A stretch of 57,645 nucleotides of DNA from Candidatus Parcubacteria bacterium (lineage in GTDB: Bacteria > Patescibacteriota > Minisyncoccia > Phycocordibacterales > UBA918), in assembly GCA_039799085.1 (NCBI GenBank), contig JBDLTL010000001.1, forward strand, positions 1 to 57,645, given 5' to 3'. A program made the position numbers and the translations under genes. Positions 6,918 to 15,536 of this stretch are shown here, in pieces. A model generated the notes under the pieces. It saw nothing but the letters and a program-made list of their open reading frames with translations. It was not told the origin of the DNA and did not search any database. Position 1 is the first letter of the stretch. The number at the start of each line of letters is the position of its first letter.

Positions 6918-6946
6918 TTGCGAAAAGGCAGTTTCTTTGCTATATT
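6918..6946 (+). promoter_or_regulatory. Candidate promoter for secG
   Basis: TTGCGA (6918-6923), 17 nt, TATATT (6941-6946). The ATG is only 9 nt downstream and there is no Shine-Dalgarno sequence, implying a very short leader or a leaderless mRNA. Confidence 0.3.
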
Positions 6947-6955
6947 CTTCCTCGC

Positions 6956-7195
6956 ATGAATATTATCGATTCAGTGCTTCCAGCACTGCCGTATATCCAG
7001 ATAATCCTCTCCGTCCTCCTTGTTGCAGCTATTCTCTTGCAGCAGCGTGGTTCTAGTTTGGGAGGGGCCTTTGGAGGCGACAACTTCAGCTCAGCATTTC
7101 ACAAGCGCCGTGGCGCCGAGCTTTTCCTCTTTAAGTTCACCGTAGGTATTTCAATCCTCTTTGTATTGTCTACCATCGTGAGCCTGATGGCATAG
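6956..7195 (+). CDS. secG: Preprotein translocase subunit SecG
   Basis: 79 aa with two TM helices flanking LLQQRGSSLGGAFGG, the SecG signature G-rich loop. Confidence 0.85.
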   Translation: MNIIDSVLPALPYIQIILSVLLVAAILLQQRGSSLGGAFGGDNFSSAFHKRRGAELFLFKFTVGISILFVLSTIVSLMA

Positions 7196-7298
7196 GGTTT
7201 CTCTCCCTCTCCATCTCTTTTTGGAAAACTACGCCAGGTGTAACTCCTGTCTTTTGACGCGTTCTTTTGTGAAATATTGGTAATCTCTTATAACGTTT

Positions 7299-9044
7299 AT
7301 GAATCTCTCTCGTCGACCGTTTTCATCACTGTTCGACAAACTCCTCTCTCTCATCGAAACTCCAGCTCCAAGCGATCGGACTCTGCTTCGGGTTTTGTTT
7401 TTTGCTACGATTTTTTCTGGTATCTTTCTTCTGTTTACAATCAGTAGTCACTTTGCTTCTCCGACCCCTATTAGTGGCGGCACCCTTCGCGAAGGGCTCG
7501 TCGGCACGCCACGTTTTATCAATCCGACACTCGCCACGACGCGTGTAGACCAAGACCTTACGGCTCTCATATACCGTGGTCTCATGAAGATTGATGGCAC
7601 CGGAACTCTTGTTCCTGATGCAGCTGAATCCATTACCATTTCAGAAGATGGTCTTACGTATAATGTCATTGTACGCAAAGATATCCGCTTTCATGACGAC
7701 AAACCACTGACCGCACGTGATGTTGTCTTTACCATTCAAACGATTCAAAACCCCGACCTCAAGAGCCCGCTTCGCGGCAACTGGAGTGATATCACTGTCG
7801 AAGAGATTGGCGAGTATGAATTCAATGTAGTTCTTACAGAGCCATATGCTCCTTTTATTGAAAACTTCCAGTTTGGTATTCTTCCCGCACACCTCTGGAG
7901 CAGTCTCCCCACAGAACAGATTCCATTTAGTCAGCTCAACACCGAGCCAATCGGGGCTGGTCCTTTTGCTCTCAAAAGCGCCGTTCGTGACGAATCTGGT
8001 GTTATTGATCACTATGTCTTCACTTCATTTAAGGATAATCCTGACGCTCCAAACATCAATACCTTCGAGCTCTATTTCTACACTGAGGAGACACTTCTCA
8101 TTGAAGCTTTGAAGAAGCACGCCATTGACGCAAGTGCGTACGTCTCGAACGAAAACCTTGCATCACTCACAGCAGACAAAGACTACATCGTGCATCAAAG
8201 TCCTCTCCCCCGTGTCTTTGGTATTTTCCTCAATCAAAATAAATCAGCCGCTCTTCGCGACCCTGCAGTACGAGAAGCGCTTTCGATTGCTATCGACAGA
8301 GACGTGCTTATCGATTCAGCGCTTGGCGGACAAGGTTTCCCCATTTTCGGACCTGTCGCAAGTGAAAATGATGCGCTACAATCAGGAGACGGTTCATACC
8401 CTACCGCTTCCACCAGCCCTTCAGTCGAACGTGCCAAAACACTCCTCACTGAAGCCGGTTGGCTTCCCAATAACCTCGGTCTCTTAGAGAAACAAATTGA
8501 TGGCTCTGCTGAAACTCTCAGCCTCACACTGCGCACCAGCAACGCACCTCTCTTTGAACCAATGACAGAGCATATCATTGAAAAGTGGAAGGCTATTGGA
8601 GTGGAGGTAAGCGTAGAGCAATTTGAACAATCAGGACTTGTCCAGTCAGTGATTCGCCCACGAGACTTTCAAGGGCTACTCTTTGGACTTGATATGAGCA
8701 GGTCGGGTGACCTTTACCCTTTCTGGCATTCGTCACAAAAGGACGACCCGGGGCTGAATATCGCCCAGTACACCAACCTCACCGTAGACACTCTACTTGG
8801 GAAAGCACGAACTGAGCAAAATGCCGAAGCACGAAAAGCGGCCCTACAAGAAGCAAGTACCATCATCGCGAGCGAACGACCTGCCATCTTCCTCTTCCAG
8901 CCAATGATGACGTATGTCGTAGCCGAGGATGTCATCGTGACCGAAAGTAAGAATATCGCCAAGCCGTCAGACAGATTTAGCACCGTAAACGAATGGTACA
9001 CAGACAGCGATACCTTATGGAATGTATTTCACAATAGAAATTAA
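7299..9044 (+). CDS. ABC transporter substrate-binding protein, family 5 (peptide/nickel type), membrane-anchored
   Basis: 581 aa with an N-terminal TM helix. GL.K.D..G.LVPDLAESW..S.DG.TYTF.LRKDI.FHDG-like blocks (GLMKIDGTGTLVPDAAESITISEDGLTYNVIVRKDIRFHDD). Confidence 0.8.
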   Translation: MNLSRRPFSSLFDKLLSLIETPAPSDRTLLRVLFFATIFSGIFLLFTISSHFASPTPISGGTLREGLVGTPRFINPTLATTRVDQDLTALIYRGLMKIDGTGTLVPDAAESITISEDGLTYNVIVRKDIRFHDDKPLTARDVVFTIQTIQNPDLKSPLRGNWSDITVEEIGEYEFNVVLTEPYAPFIENFQFGILPAHLWSSLPTEQIPFSQLNTEPIGAGPFALKSAVRDESGVIDHYVFTSFKDNPDAPNINTFELYFYTEETLLIEALKKHAIDASAYVSNENLASLTADKDYIVHQSPLPRVFGIFLNQNKSAALRDPAVREALSIAIDRDVLIDSALGGQGFPIFGPVASENDALQSGDGSYPTASTSPSVERAKTLLTEAGWLPNNLGLLEKQIDGSAETLSLTLRTSNAPLFEPMTEHIIEKWKAIGVEVSVEQFEQSGLVQSVIRPRDFQGLLFGLDMSRSGDLYPFWHSSQKDDPGLNIAQYTNLTVDTLLGKARTEQNAEARKAALQEASTIIASERPAIFLFQPMMTYVVAEDVIVTESKNIAKPSDRFSTVNEWYTDSDTLWNVFHNRN

Positions 9045-9076
9045 TCAGAATATTAGAACCGAATAACAAACATTTT

Positions 9077-11074
9077 ATGGAAAATTCTCCACAACAACCA
9101 ACAGCAGGTGGTAGCAATCAAAACGGCCGCCGCAACAACCACAGGCGCCGTCGAACGAGTCGACCTTTCACTGCTGGAACACCTCGACGTGACCACAATG
9201 GTCCTCGACACGAGCGACCGCTTGCAACGGGAGCAAAACCTCACACCGCAAAAGCTGATCAGCCAAAAGGTAACAGTAAGCCTAATCGCGCACGCCGTGG
9301 CCGAAGTAACGATCGACGCCGCCCTAACAAAGCTCCAGCCCTCACACACCGACTTTCTATCACCGACCAAAAATCACCGGTAATTCCAGAGATTCTTGAC
9401 GAAGACACAGTTCGCATCATCACCGTATCAGGTGTTGAAGAAATTGGTCGCAACATGAACATTATCGAAACCAAGGACGACATCATCGTAATCGATGCTG
9501 GCTTCCAGTTCGTGTCAGCAGAAGGCGGAACACCAGGTGTCGACTACATTCTTCCAAATACGCAGTACCTCGAAGAGCGTAAGGATAAGATTCGAGCCAT
9601 GGTCGTAACCCACGGTCACCTCGACCACATCGGTGGTATTCCGTACGTTATGGAACGTATTGGCAATCCCCCTATCTACACTCAGTACCTCACGTCACTC
9701 ATGATTTTGAAGCGCCAAGAGGAATTCCCTCAGATGGAGCCAATCACCATGAACGTGATTAAGGAGGGCGAATCATTCACTGTCGGAAAGACTCACATCA
9801 AGACCTTCCGCGTAACGCACTCAATCCCAGACGCGATGGGTGTCTGTGTTGAAACCAAGCACGGTGATGTTGTCATCACTGGTGACATCAAGCTCGTTCA
9901 CGAAGACGGCAAAGTCGTAGTTGAAGAGCGTGGCCAATGGGAAAAGGTCGGGCTCAACAAAAACCTCGCACTTTTGTGTGACTCGACCAACGCGGACCGC
10001 GCCGGCTTCTCAGCTTCTGAAGCAAAGGTATTTGAAACACTCGAGACCATTATTAAGGCTTCTCGTGGACGTCTCGTCATTGGTACATTTGCCTCACAGT
10101 TTGACCGACTTATTAGTGTCATCAAGACCTGTGAAGAGAACGGTAAAAAGGTGGTAATGGAAGGACGTAGCATCAAGACAAACATCGACATTGCTGTACT
10201 CGCAAAGCTCGTTGAAGTAAAGTCAGATACTTTCATTCAAGCAAAAGACATCAACAACTACCCTGCTGACCGAGTGGTAATTCTCTCAACTGGTGCTCAG
10301 GGAGAACAGTTTGCTGCTCTCATGCGCATGGCAACTGACAAGCACAAAGACATCATTCTCAATGAACGAGACACCGTTGTTCTCTCATCATCAGTTATTC
10401 CAGGCAACGAAGTTGCGGTACAGAAGCTCAAAGATGCTATCTACCGAAAGAACGTAAAGGTAATAAACTACCAAGGTTCTCACGTGCACTCTTCAGGTCA
10501 CGGTAACGCCGGCGAGCTTGTGTGGGTACACCAGACAATCAAGCCAAAATTCCTTATTCCTGTACACGGTCACCACTTCCATCTCAAGAGTCACATGTAC
10601 GCTGCGATTGAGAATGGTTTCCCTCGTGAAAACATCGCCGTACCAGACAACGGTACCATCATCGATATCAAGAACGGTACTGAGATGACTGTTCTCCCAA
10701 TGAAGATTCCAAACGAGCTCATGCTTGTGGACGGCTTCACTGTCGGTACCAAACAAGAAGTGGTGCTCCGCGATCGTGAGACCCTTGCAAATGATGGCAT
10801 GTTTGTGATTATCGCCACCGTCAACAGCAAGACTGGCAAACTTCGTAAATCTCCTGACATCATCTCTCGTGGCTTCATTTACCTCCGCGAGAATCAGCAG
10901 CTACTTTCTGAAGCGCGCGTCCTTATCAAGCGTACTGTTGAGAAACAGACCGAAGGCATGAATCCTGTCGACCTTGAACAAGTAAAAGACCACGTCGCTG
11001 ACGTAGTAAGCACCTTCCTTCTTCAGAAGACACAGAAGAACCCGATGGTGATTCCCGTACTCATTGGAATTTAA
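9077..11074 (+). CDS. rnj: Ribonuclease J (beta-CASP metallo-beta-lactamase) with a roughly 100-aa basic N-terminal extension
   Basis: 665 aa. VTHGHLDHIGG motif, beta-CASP region and a C-terminal domain. The N-terminal 100 aa are R/N/P-rich low complexity. Confidence 0.9.
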   Translation: MENSPQQPTAGGSNQNGRRNNHRRRRTSRPFTAGTPRRDHNGPRHERPLATGAKPHTAKADQPKGNSKPNRARRGRSNDRRRPNKAPALTHRLSITDQKSPVIPEILDEDTVRIITVSGVEEIGRNMNIIETKDDIIVIDAGFQFVSAEGGTPGVDYILPNTQYLEERKDKIRAMVVTHGHLDHIGGIPYVMERIGNPPIYTQYLTSLMILKRQEEFPQMEPITMNVIKEGESFTVGKTHIKTFRVTHSIPDAMGVCVETKHGDVVITGDIKLVHEDGKVVVEERGQWEKVGLNKNLALLCDSTNADRAGFSASEAKVFETLETIIKASRGRLVIGTFASQFDRLISVIKTCEENGKKVVMEGRSIKTNIDIAVLAKLVEVKSDTFIQAKDINNYPADRVVILSTGAQGEQFAALMRMATDKHKDIILNERDTVVLSSSVIPGNEVAVQKLKDAIYRKNVKVINYQGSHVHSSGHGNAGELVWVHQTIKPKFLIPVHGHHFHLKSHMYAAIENGFPRENIAVPDNGTIIDIKNGTEMTVLPMKIPNELMLVDGFTVGTKQEVVLRDRETLANDGMFVIIATVNSKTGKLRKSPDIISRGFIYLRENQQLLSEARVLIKRTVEKQTEGMNPVDLEQVKDHVADVVSTFLLQKTQKNPMVIPVLIGI

Positions 11075-11089
11075 CGAATAACCGACGAA

Positions 11090-11122
11090 AAGGCGTGGGA
11101 GGCTCTGCCTCCCACGCCTTTT
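11090..11122 (+). terminator. Terminator of rnj
   Basis: aaggcgtgggagg / ctctg / cctcccacgcctt, then tt. Confidence 0.85.
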
Positions 11123-11172
11123 CACATTCTTCTGCAATTCACTCCACACTTCACGGTACAATAAAGCCACCT

Positions 11173-12372
11173 ATGCCACGCGCCACCTCACGTTCCGAGC
11201 ACGGAAAAATGCTCAAACACCGCTATATACCACTTTATATCGCATCACTTGCACTGATGTTCCATACCTTTGTGATTGCGTACCTTAACTCCTCTCTTCT
11301 CGAGCAATTCATTTCAACAGAAGCTGTCAGTACCATCTACATCATCACTTCGGCCCTGACAGTTCTCATTTTCCTTTTCGTCTCTCGAGTTCTGCACAAG
11401 GTAGGCAACTTCAAACTCACTCTCGCACTCCTTATTCTCAATGGACTTGCAGTTACCGGCATTGCGTTTGCAGAAACAATGCGTATTGCCGTCCCACTGA
11501 TGGCAACCCACCTTATCATCATTGCACTCATCGTCTTCAACCTCGACATTTTCATGGAAGAGCATATTGGTAATGACGAAGGAGTAACTGGTACTAGGCG
11601 AGGTCTTCTCCTCACTCTCATGAGTGCCATTGGCGCGATTTCACCATTCATCGCGAGTGAACTCATCGCCTACTCAGATGGTGACTTCACCCCAGTGTAT
11701 GTTGTCAGTGCGCTATCGTTGATTCCTATCATCGGGATTCTTCTTTTATACTTCCGAGACTTCCAAGACCCACCTTATACCGACATCAAAGTACTTGAGG
11801 CCCTGCACGGCTTTTGGGTAAAGAAGGATATCCGAGCGGTTTTCTGTGTCCACTTCGTACTACAAATGTTCTTCATGTGTATGGTGGTCTTTGTGCCGCT
11901 ATATCTCATCACCCATGTTGGTCTATCTTGGGCGCAGTTTGGCATCATCATGCTCTTCGGACAATTCGCGTACGTACTCTTTGAGTACCCAATTGGAGTC
12001 ATTGCCGACAAGTATATTGGCGAGAAAGAAATGATGGCACTTGGTCTCATGATTCTTTCTGTCTCAACCGCTTGGATTTCGTTTGTGAATGAACCAAATG
12101 TGTTGGTCTGGATAATAGTGATGTTTATCACTCGCGTCGGCGCGAGCTTCGTTGAGGTGACGACCGAAGTCCACTTCTTCAAGCGGGCCAATAGTACCGA
12201 CGCACAAATCATCAGCTTCTTCCGTGTCACTCGACCGCTCGCATACCTCGCAGGCGCTATCGTCGGCAGCATCGCCCTCCTCTACCTTCCATTCAATCTC
12301 CTCTTTGTGGTCTTCGGTCTCCTCACCATTCCAGCAATGTTTATGACGCTAGAGATAGAAGATACGAAATAA
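11173..12372 (+). CDS. MFS transporter
   Basis: About 12 predicted TM helices. The ORF-track start at 11095 lies inside the rnj terminator hairpin, so ATG 11173 (or 11209) is preferred. Confidence 0.75.
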   Translation: MPRATSRSEHGKMLKHRYIPLYIASLALMFHTFVIAYLNSSLLEQFISTEAVSTIYIITSALTVLIFLFVSRVLHKVGNFKLTLALLILNGLAVTGIAFAETMRIAVPLMATHLIIIALIVFNLDIFMEEHIGNDEGVTGTRRGLLLTLMSAIGAISPFIASELIAYSDGDFTPVYVVSALSLIPIIGILLLYFRDFQDPPYTDIKVLEALHGFWVKKDIRAVFCVHFVLQMFFMCMVVFVPLYLITHVGLSWAQFGIIMLFGQFAYVLFEYPIGVIADKYIGEKEMMALGLMILSVSTAWISFVNEPNVLVWIIVMFITRVGASFVEVTTEVHFFKRANSTDAQIISFFRVTRPLAYLAGAIVGSIALLYLPFNLLFVVFGLLTIPAMFMTLEIEDTK

Positions 12373-12377
12373 TCATT

Positions 12378-13211
12378 CTAAGGCAATCGGTATTTTGTCT
12401 TATCCTTAATTACCAAACCTTCCTTATGGAGCGCGTCGAGCGAAAGCTCGACGCGCTCTTTTTCTATATCTCGTAATTGCTTCAGAAACTCACTCTGTGA
12501 AAATGATTTTTCTGATAACATACGTAAAATCGCACCACGGACAAAGCGATTACTGGTTTTAAAATCTGATTGCTTTTGATACGATGTACTCTTTTTATTT
12601 AAGTTCCCAACCGTCTCTTTCAAGTGTGAACCATAATCCATCAGTGCCCAATTCCATTCTCGAGGATTTTTGATATCGAGCGTACGTTCAATAATTGGAA
12701 AGAGTTCTTTGTCAGTGACACCTTCCTTGTCATGAAAAAAGTGGTGAATGTATACCGTGCGGACGTTGGTCTCAATCAGCGGCACTGGTTCGCTATACGC
12801 AAAGCTCATGACAGCACCGGCGGTGTATTCACCAATGCCAGGAAGCGCGCGAAGTGCTTGCAGGGTCTTTGGCCACTTCCCATTATGCTCCAGAGCCACC
12901 ATTTCGGCAGCCTGCTTCAAAAACTTCGCACGTCGATTGTACCCAAGTCCCTGCCAAGCTCTGAGCACGTCGCCAAGAGGCGCGGCGGCAAGCCGCTTAA
13001 GCGTGGGAAACGACTTCAAAAATTCTTTGTACTTAGGCATCACGCGCGACACTTGTGTCTGCTGAAGCATAATTTCTGACACGAGAATCCTATACGGGTC
13101 TATTGTCTTTCGCCACGGCAAATCATGTCTACCAGAAGCCTTGTAGTAGTTCCAGACATGTTTTACAAAGTCTTTCTCCTGCTTACTCAAAGAGACTTTC
13201 TTTTCTGCCAT
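12378..13211 (-). CDS. HhH-GPD DNA glycosylase, MutY/EndoIII-like, lacking Fe-S cluster cysteines
   Basis: DLPWRKT.DPY.ILVSEIMLQQTQV.RV...Y..F...FP and LPGIGEYTAGAV (HhH). There are no Cys residues after the HhH-GPD core. The start is uncertain (13211 or 13238); either overlaps the photolyase 3' end. Confidence 0.7.
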   Translation of the reverse strand: MAEKKVSLSKQEKDFVKHVWNYYKASGRHDLPWRKTIDPYRILVSEIMLQQTQVSRVMPKYKEFLKSFPTLKRLAAAPLGDVLRAWQGLGYNRRAKFLKQAAEMVALEHNGKWPKTLQALRALPGIGEYTAGAVMSFAYSEPVPLIETNVRTVYIHHFFHDKEGVTDKELFPIIERTLDIKNPREWNWALMDYGSHLKETVGNLNKKSTSYQKQSDFKTSNRFVRGAILRMLSEKSFSQSEFLKQLRDIEKERVELSLDALHKEGLVIKDKTKYRLP

Positions 13212-14544
13212 ACCGCTCAATATACGCCTTGATATCAAACTTCCGCTTCGCTCCGGCGTAGTTCATAAAGCGAATTTTGCCAAAGACGGTGCGCTCATTC
13301 CACGCCCTGTCATGCACACCGCACATTGACCACATCACACCTACGACACCATTTGGATCCATACCATCAAGCTCATACTTGTCATTGAGATACAGCCCCA
13401 TATCGATCGCAGTCTGCACATCTGGAGTCCACTCGAGAATCTTTTTTGCCCAATACATACGGCACCAGCCATGCATCTTACCTTCGCTTACCATCTGGAG
13501 TTGCATGGCGTTCCAGAGGTCGTCGTGTGTTTCGGCCCTTTCAAACTGCTCTTTCGTATAGATATATTCTCGAACATCACTCTTGTGTTCATCAAGTGTT
13601 TTTTGAGCCCAAGCATGTGCGCCCGCCACCTTGTCGTAGTTTTTATTATAAAAACAATAATTATCAGCAAGTTCACGACGTACAATGAGCTCTTCGAGGA
13701 AAGCTTCGCGAGCTTCCTTATTATTCTCATACGCCTGATTTACCTCATAAGCCACACGTTGTGCAGACAGTTGACCAAAGTGCAGGTATGGCGAAAGTCC
13801 TGACACGCCGTTCTTGGTCGGGTCATTGCGGTCTTCGTGGTAGGTATCGAGTCTCGAAGCAATAAATGTTTGGAGATGTTTCTTGGCAGCTTTTTCTCCC
13901 GCCACAAATGCCGTGTCGCCCACTTCTTCAAGCGGTAGCTTTTTGAGATATCCATCCCAATTTATTTCAGAGTGTTTTAAAGAACCTTCATGTGGATGTT
14001 TACGCACCTTAGGAAAATCAGTGAGGTACTGCGTGAGCGCACGGTGTACTTTCGGACGAAATGTATACGCAGCAAATTCTTCTTTATCACTTGCCTGCCA
14101 GACCGGGATGATGTTGTGAGCGTCGACTTCGGTCAGGGCGCACGAAAGTTGCGCAGCAACTTTCGTGCGCCGCTCCCTCGCATATCGAAGCGGGCTAAAA
14201 TCAACCACCACTTCACCGACACCGTGTTTCTTCGCAAACTGTGGTATCACTTCTTCTGGAGTACCGAAAAGAACAGTAAATGGAATATTGAGAGAAGCTA
14301 AATTCTCTTCAACTTCAGAAAGTCCTGCAAACATGAAGTTATACTGACGTGTATTGGCACGACCTTCAATCCGAAAAAGATTGAAAACTACGTAGAGCGG
14401 GACATTTCGTTCAATCGCTTTCTCTTGTGCATAGAGAAGAGCCCAGTTGTCAGAAACACGTTGGTCTCGACTCATCCAGTACACGACCGGCCCACCTGTG
14501 GCAGCGCGGTCATTCAAACTCCTTACTCTCCGCTCATCTACCAT
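13183..14544 (-). CDS. phr: Deoxyribodipyrimidine photolyase, class II CPD type
   Basis: 453 aa: GPVVYWMSRDQRVSDNWAL N-terminus, and a C-terminal GKMHGWCRMYWAKKILEW...NDKYELDG.DPNG FAD-binding region. Confidence 0.9.
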   Translation of the reverse strand: MVDERRVRSLNDRAATGGPVVYWMSRDQRVSDNWALLYAQEKAIERNVPLYVVFNLFRIEGRANTRQYNFMFAGLSEVEENLASLNIPFTVLFGTPEEVIPQFAKKHGVGEVVVDFSPLRYARERRTKVAAQLSCALTEVDAHNIIPVWQASDKEEFAAYTFRPKVHRALTQYLTDFPKVRKHPHEGSLKHSEINWDGYLKKLPLEEVGDTAFVAGEKAAKKHLQTFIASRLDTYHEDRNDPTKNGVSGLSPYLHFGQLSAQRVAYEVNQAYENNKEAREAFLEELIVRRELADNYCFYNKNYDKVAGAHAWAQKTLDEHKSDVREYIYTKEQFERAETHDDLWNAMQLQMVSEGKMHGWCRMYWAKKILEWTPDVQTAIDMGLYLNDKYELDGMDPNGVVGVMWSMCGVHDRAWNERTVFGKIRFMNYAGAKRKFDIKAYIERYGRKESLFE

Positions 14545-14546
14545 AC

Positions 14547-14777
14547 TTACTCCACAACTTCGTAGTCTACACGTTGCGAATCTTGAACCTTACGAGGCAT
14601 CACAACCATCGCTGCAAGATACAAGAGAATACCTGGAAAGAACCCAGTGAGAATAAGAAACGCCACCGCAAGTACGCGAAAGAGAGTTGGGTCCTGCTCA
14701 AAATAGTTCGCCAATCCCGCCAGCACTCCAGATACCACCGCTTTCTCCTTATCCTTTGTCAATCTCTTTTTGCTCAT
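14547..14777 (-). CDS. PspC domain protein
   Basis: 76 aa: L.KDKE.AVVSGVLAGLANYF..DPTLFRV, followed by a TM helix. Confidence 0.8.
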   Translation of the reverse strand: MSKKRLTKDKEKAVVSGVLAGLANYFEQDPTLFRVLAVAFLILTGFFPGILLYLAAMVVMPRKVQDSQRVDYEVVE

Positions 14778-14785
14778 ATAAAATC

Positions 14786-15472
14786 CTACAACTTATAAAT
14801 AACATCCTTTCGCTCAACGACAACCTCCCACCCATTGCGTTTGGCGTGATTGTACAAGGCTTGATTGGGATTAAAACAAATCGGTCGAGCCACACTCTCA
14901 AGAAGCGGAATGTCTCCCTCGGTATCCCCTACTGCAATCGACTTTTCGCGAGAAAGCTCGGGATACTTCTCAAAAATTCGCTTCACGATATTTGATTTAT
15001 TCTTGATGAGATGTTCTTCACTGACGATGCCTGTGAATCTATCCTGCGGACCAATTTCATAAATGCGCCCATACACCTTATCGAAGCCGTACTGCTCACA
15101 GAATTCGTCGAGAATAGTTTTAGGTGACTGTGAAATAGCAATGATTATATAGCCTTGTGCCTTAAGCTCAGCAATCAAGTCTCGTGTGTAACGGTACACA
15201 AACTTACTCTGCACCGCCACCACTCGTCTACCGACATCTGCAAGTGCACCGTAGTGCACTCCTTTGATGTACGTCACAAACGCCAACACCACGTCGTCGA
15301 TATATGTCTCGTAACTTCCCTCGCGATTGCGCCAAAGTCTGTGTGACTCTGCGTACATGTCTTTTGCTTCTTCGGGAAACACACCATCTTTAATAAACTG
15401 CTCGACAATTTCAATCAAGAGACTTGAGCGGAAGACTGTGCCGTCAACGTCAAAGAATGCTACCGGTTTCAT
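14786..15472 (-). CDS. HAD-superfamily hydrolase (HAD-IB / SerB-like)
   Basis: MKPVAFFDVDGTVF (DxDGT motif) and a distal GDTEGDIPLL. The longer ORF-track N-terminus crosses the 15497-15532 terminator, so ATG 15472 is used. Confidence 0.8.
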   Translation of the reverse strand: MKPVAFFDVDGTVFRSSLLIEIVEQFIKDGVFPEEAKDMYAESHRLWRNREGSYETYIDDVVLAFVTYIKGVHYGALADVGRRVVAVQSKFVYRYTRDLIAELKAQGYIIIAISQSPKTILDEFCEQYGFDKVYGRIYEIGPQDRFTGIVSEEHLIKNKSNIVKRIFEKYPELSREKSIAVGDTEGDIPLLESVARPICFNPNQALYNHAKRNGWEVVVERKDVIYKL

Positions 15473-15496
15473 AGTGGCTCTATTATACCGCAAAAG

Positions 15497-15532
15497 AAAA
15501 AAGGCGCCGGCCCTCAGGCCGGCGCCTTTTTT
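15497..15532 (-). terminator. Terminator of the 15537-16652 gene
   Basis: aaaaaaggcgccggcc / ctca / ggccggcgcctttttt. Confidence 0.85.
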
Positions 15533-15536
15533 CACC

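Noticed and set aside
11095-11172. N-terminal extension of the MFS transporter ORF
   Set aside because: It begins inside the rnj terminator hairpin (11090-11122). The first hydrophobic helix starts only after the internal Met codons.
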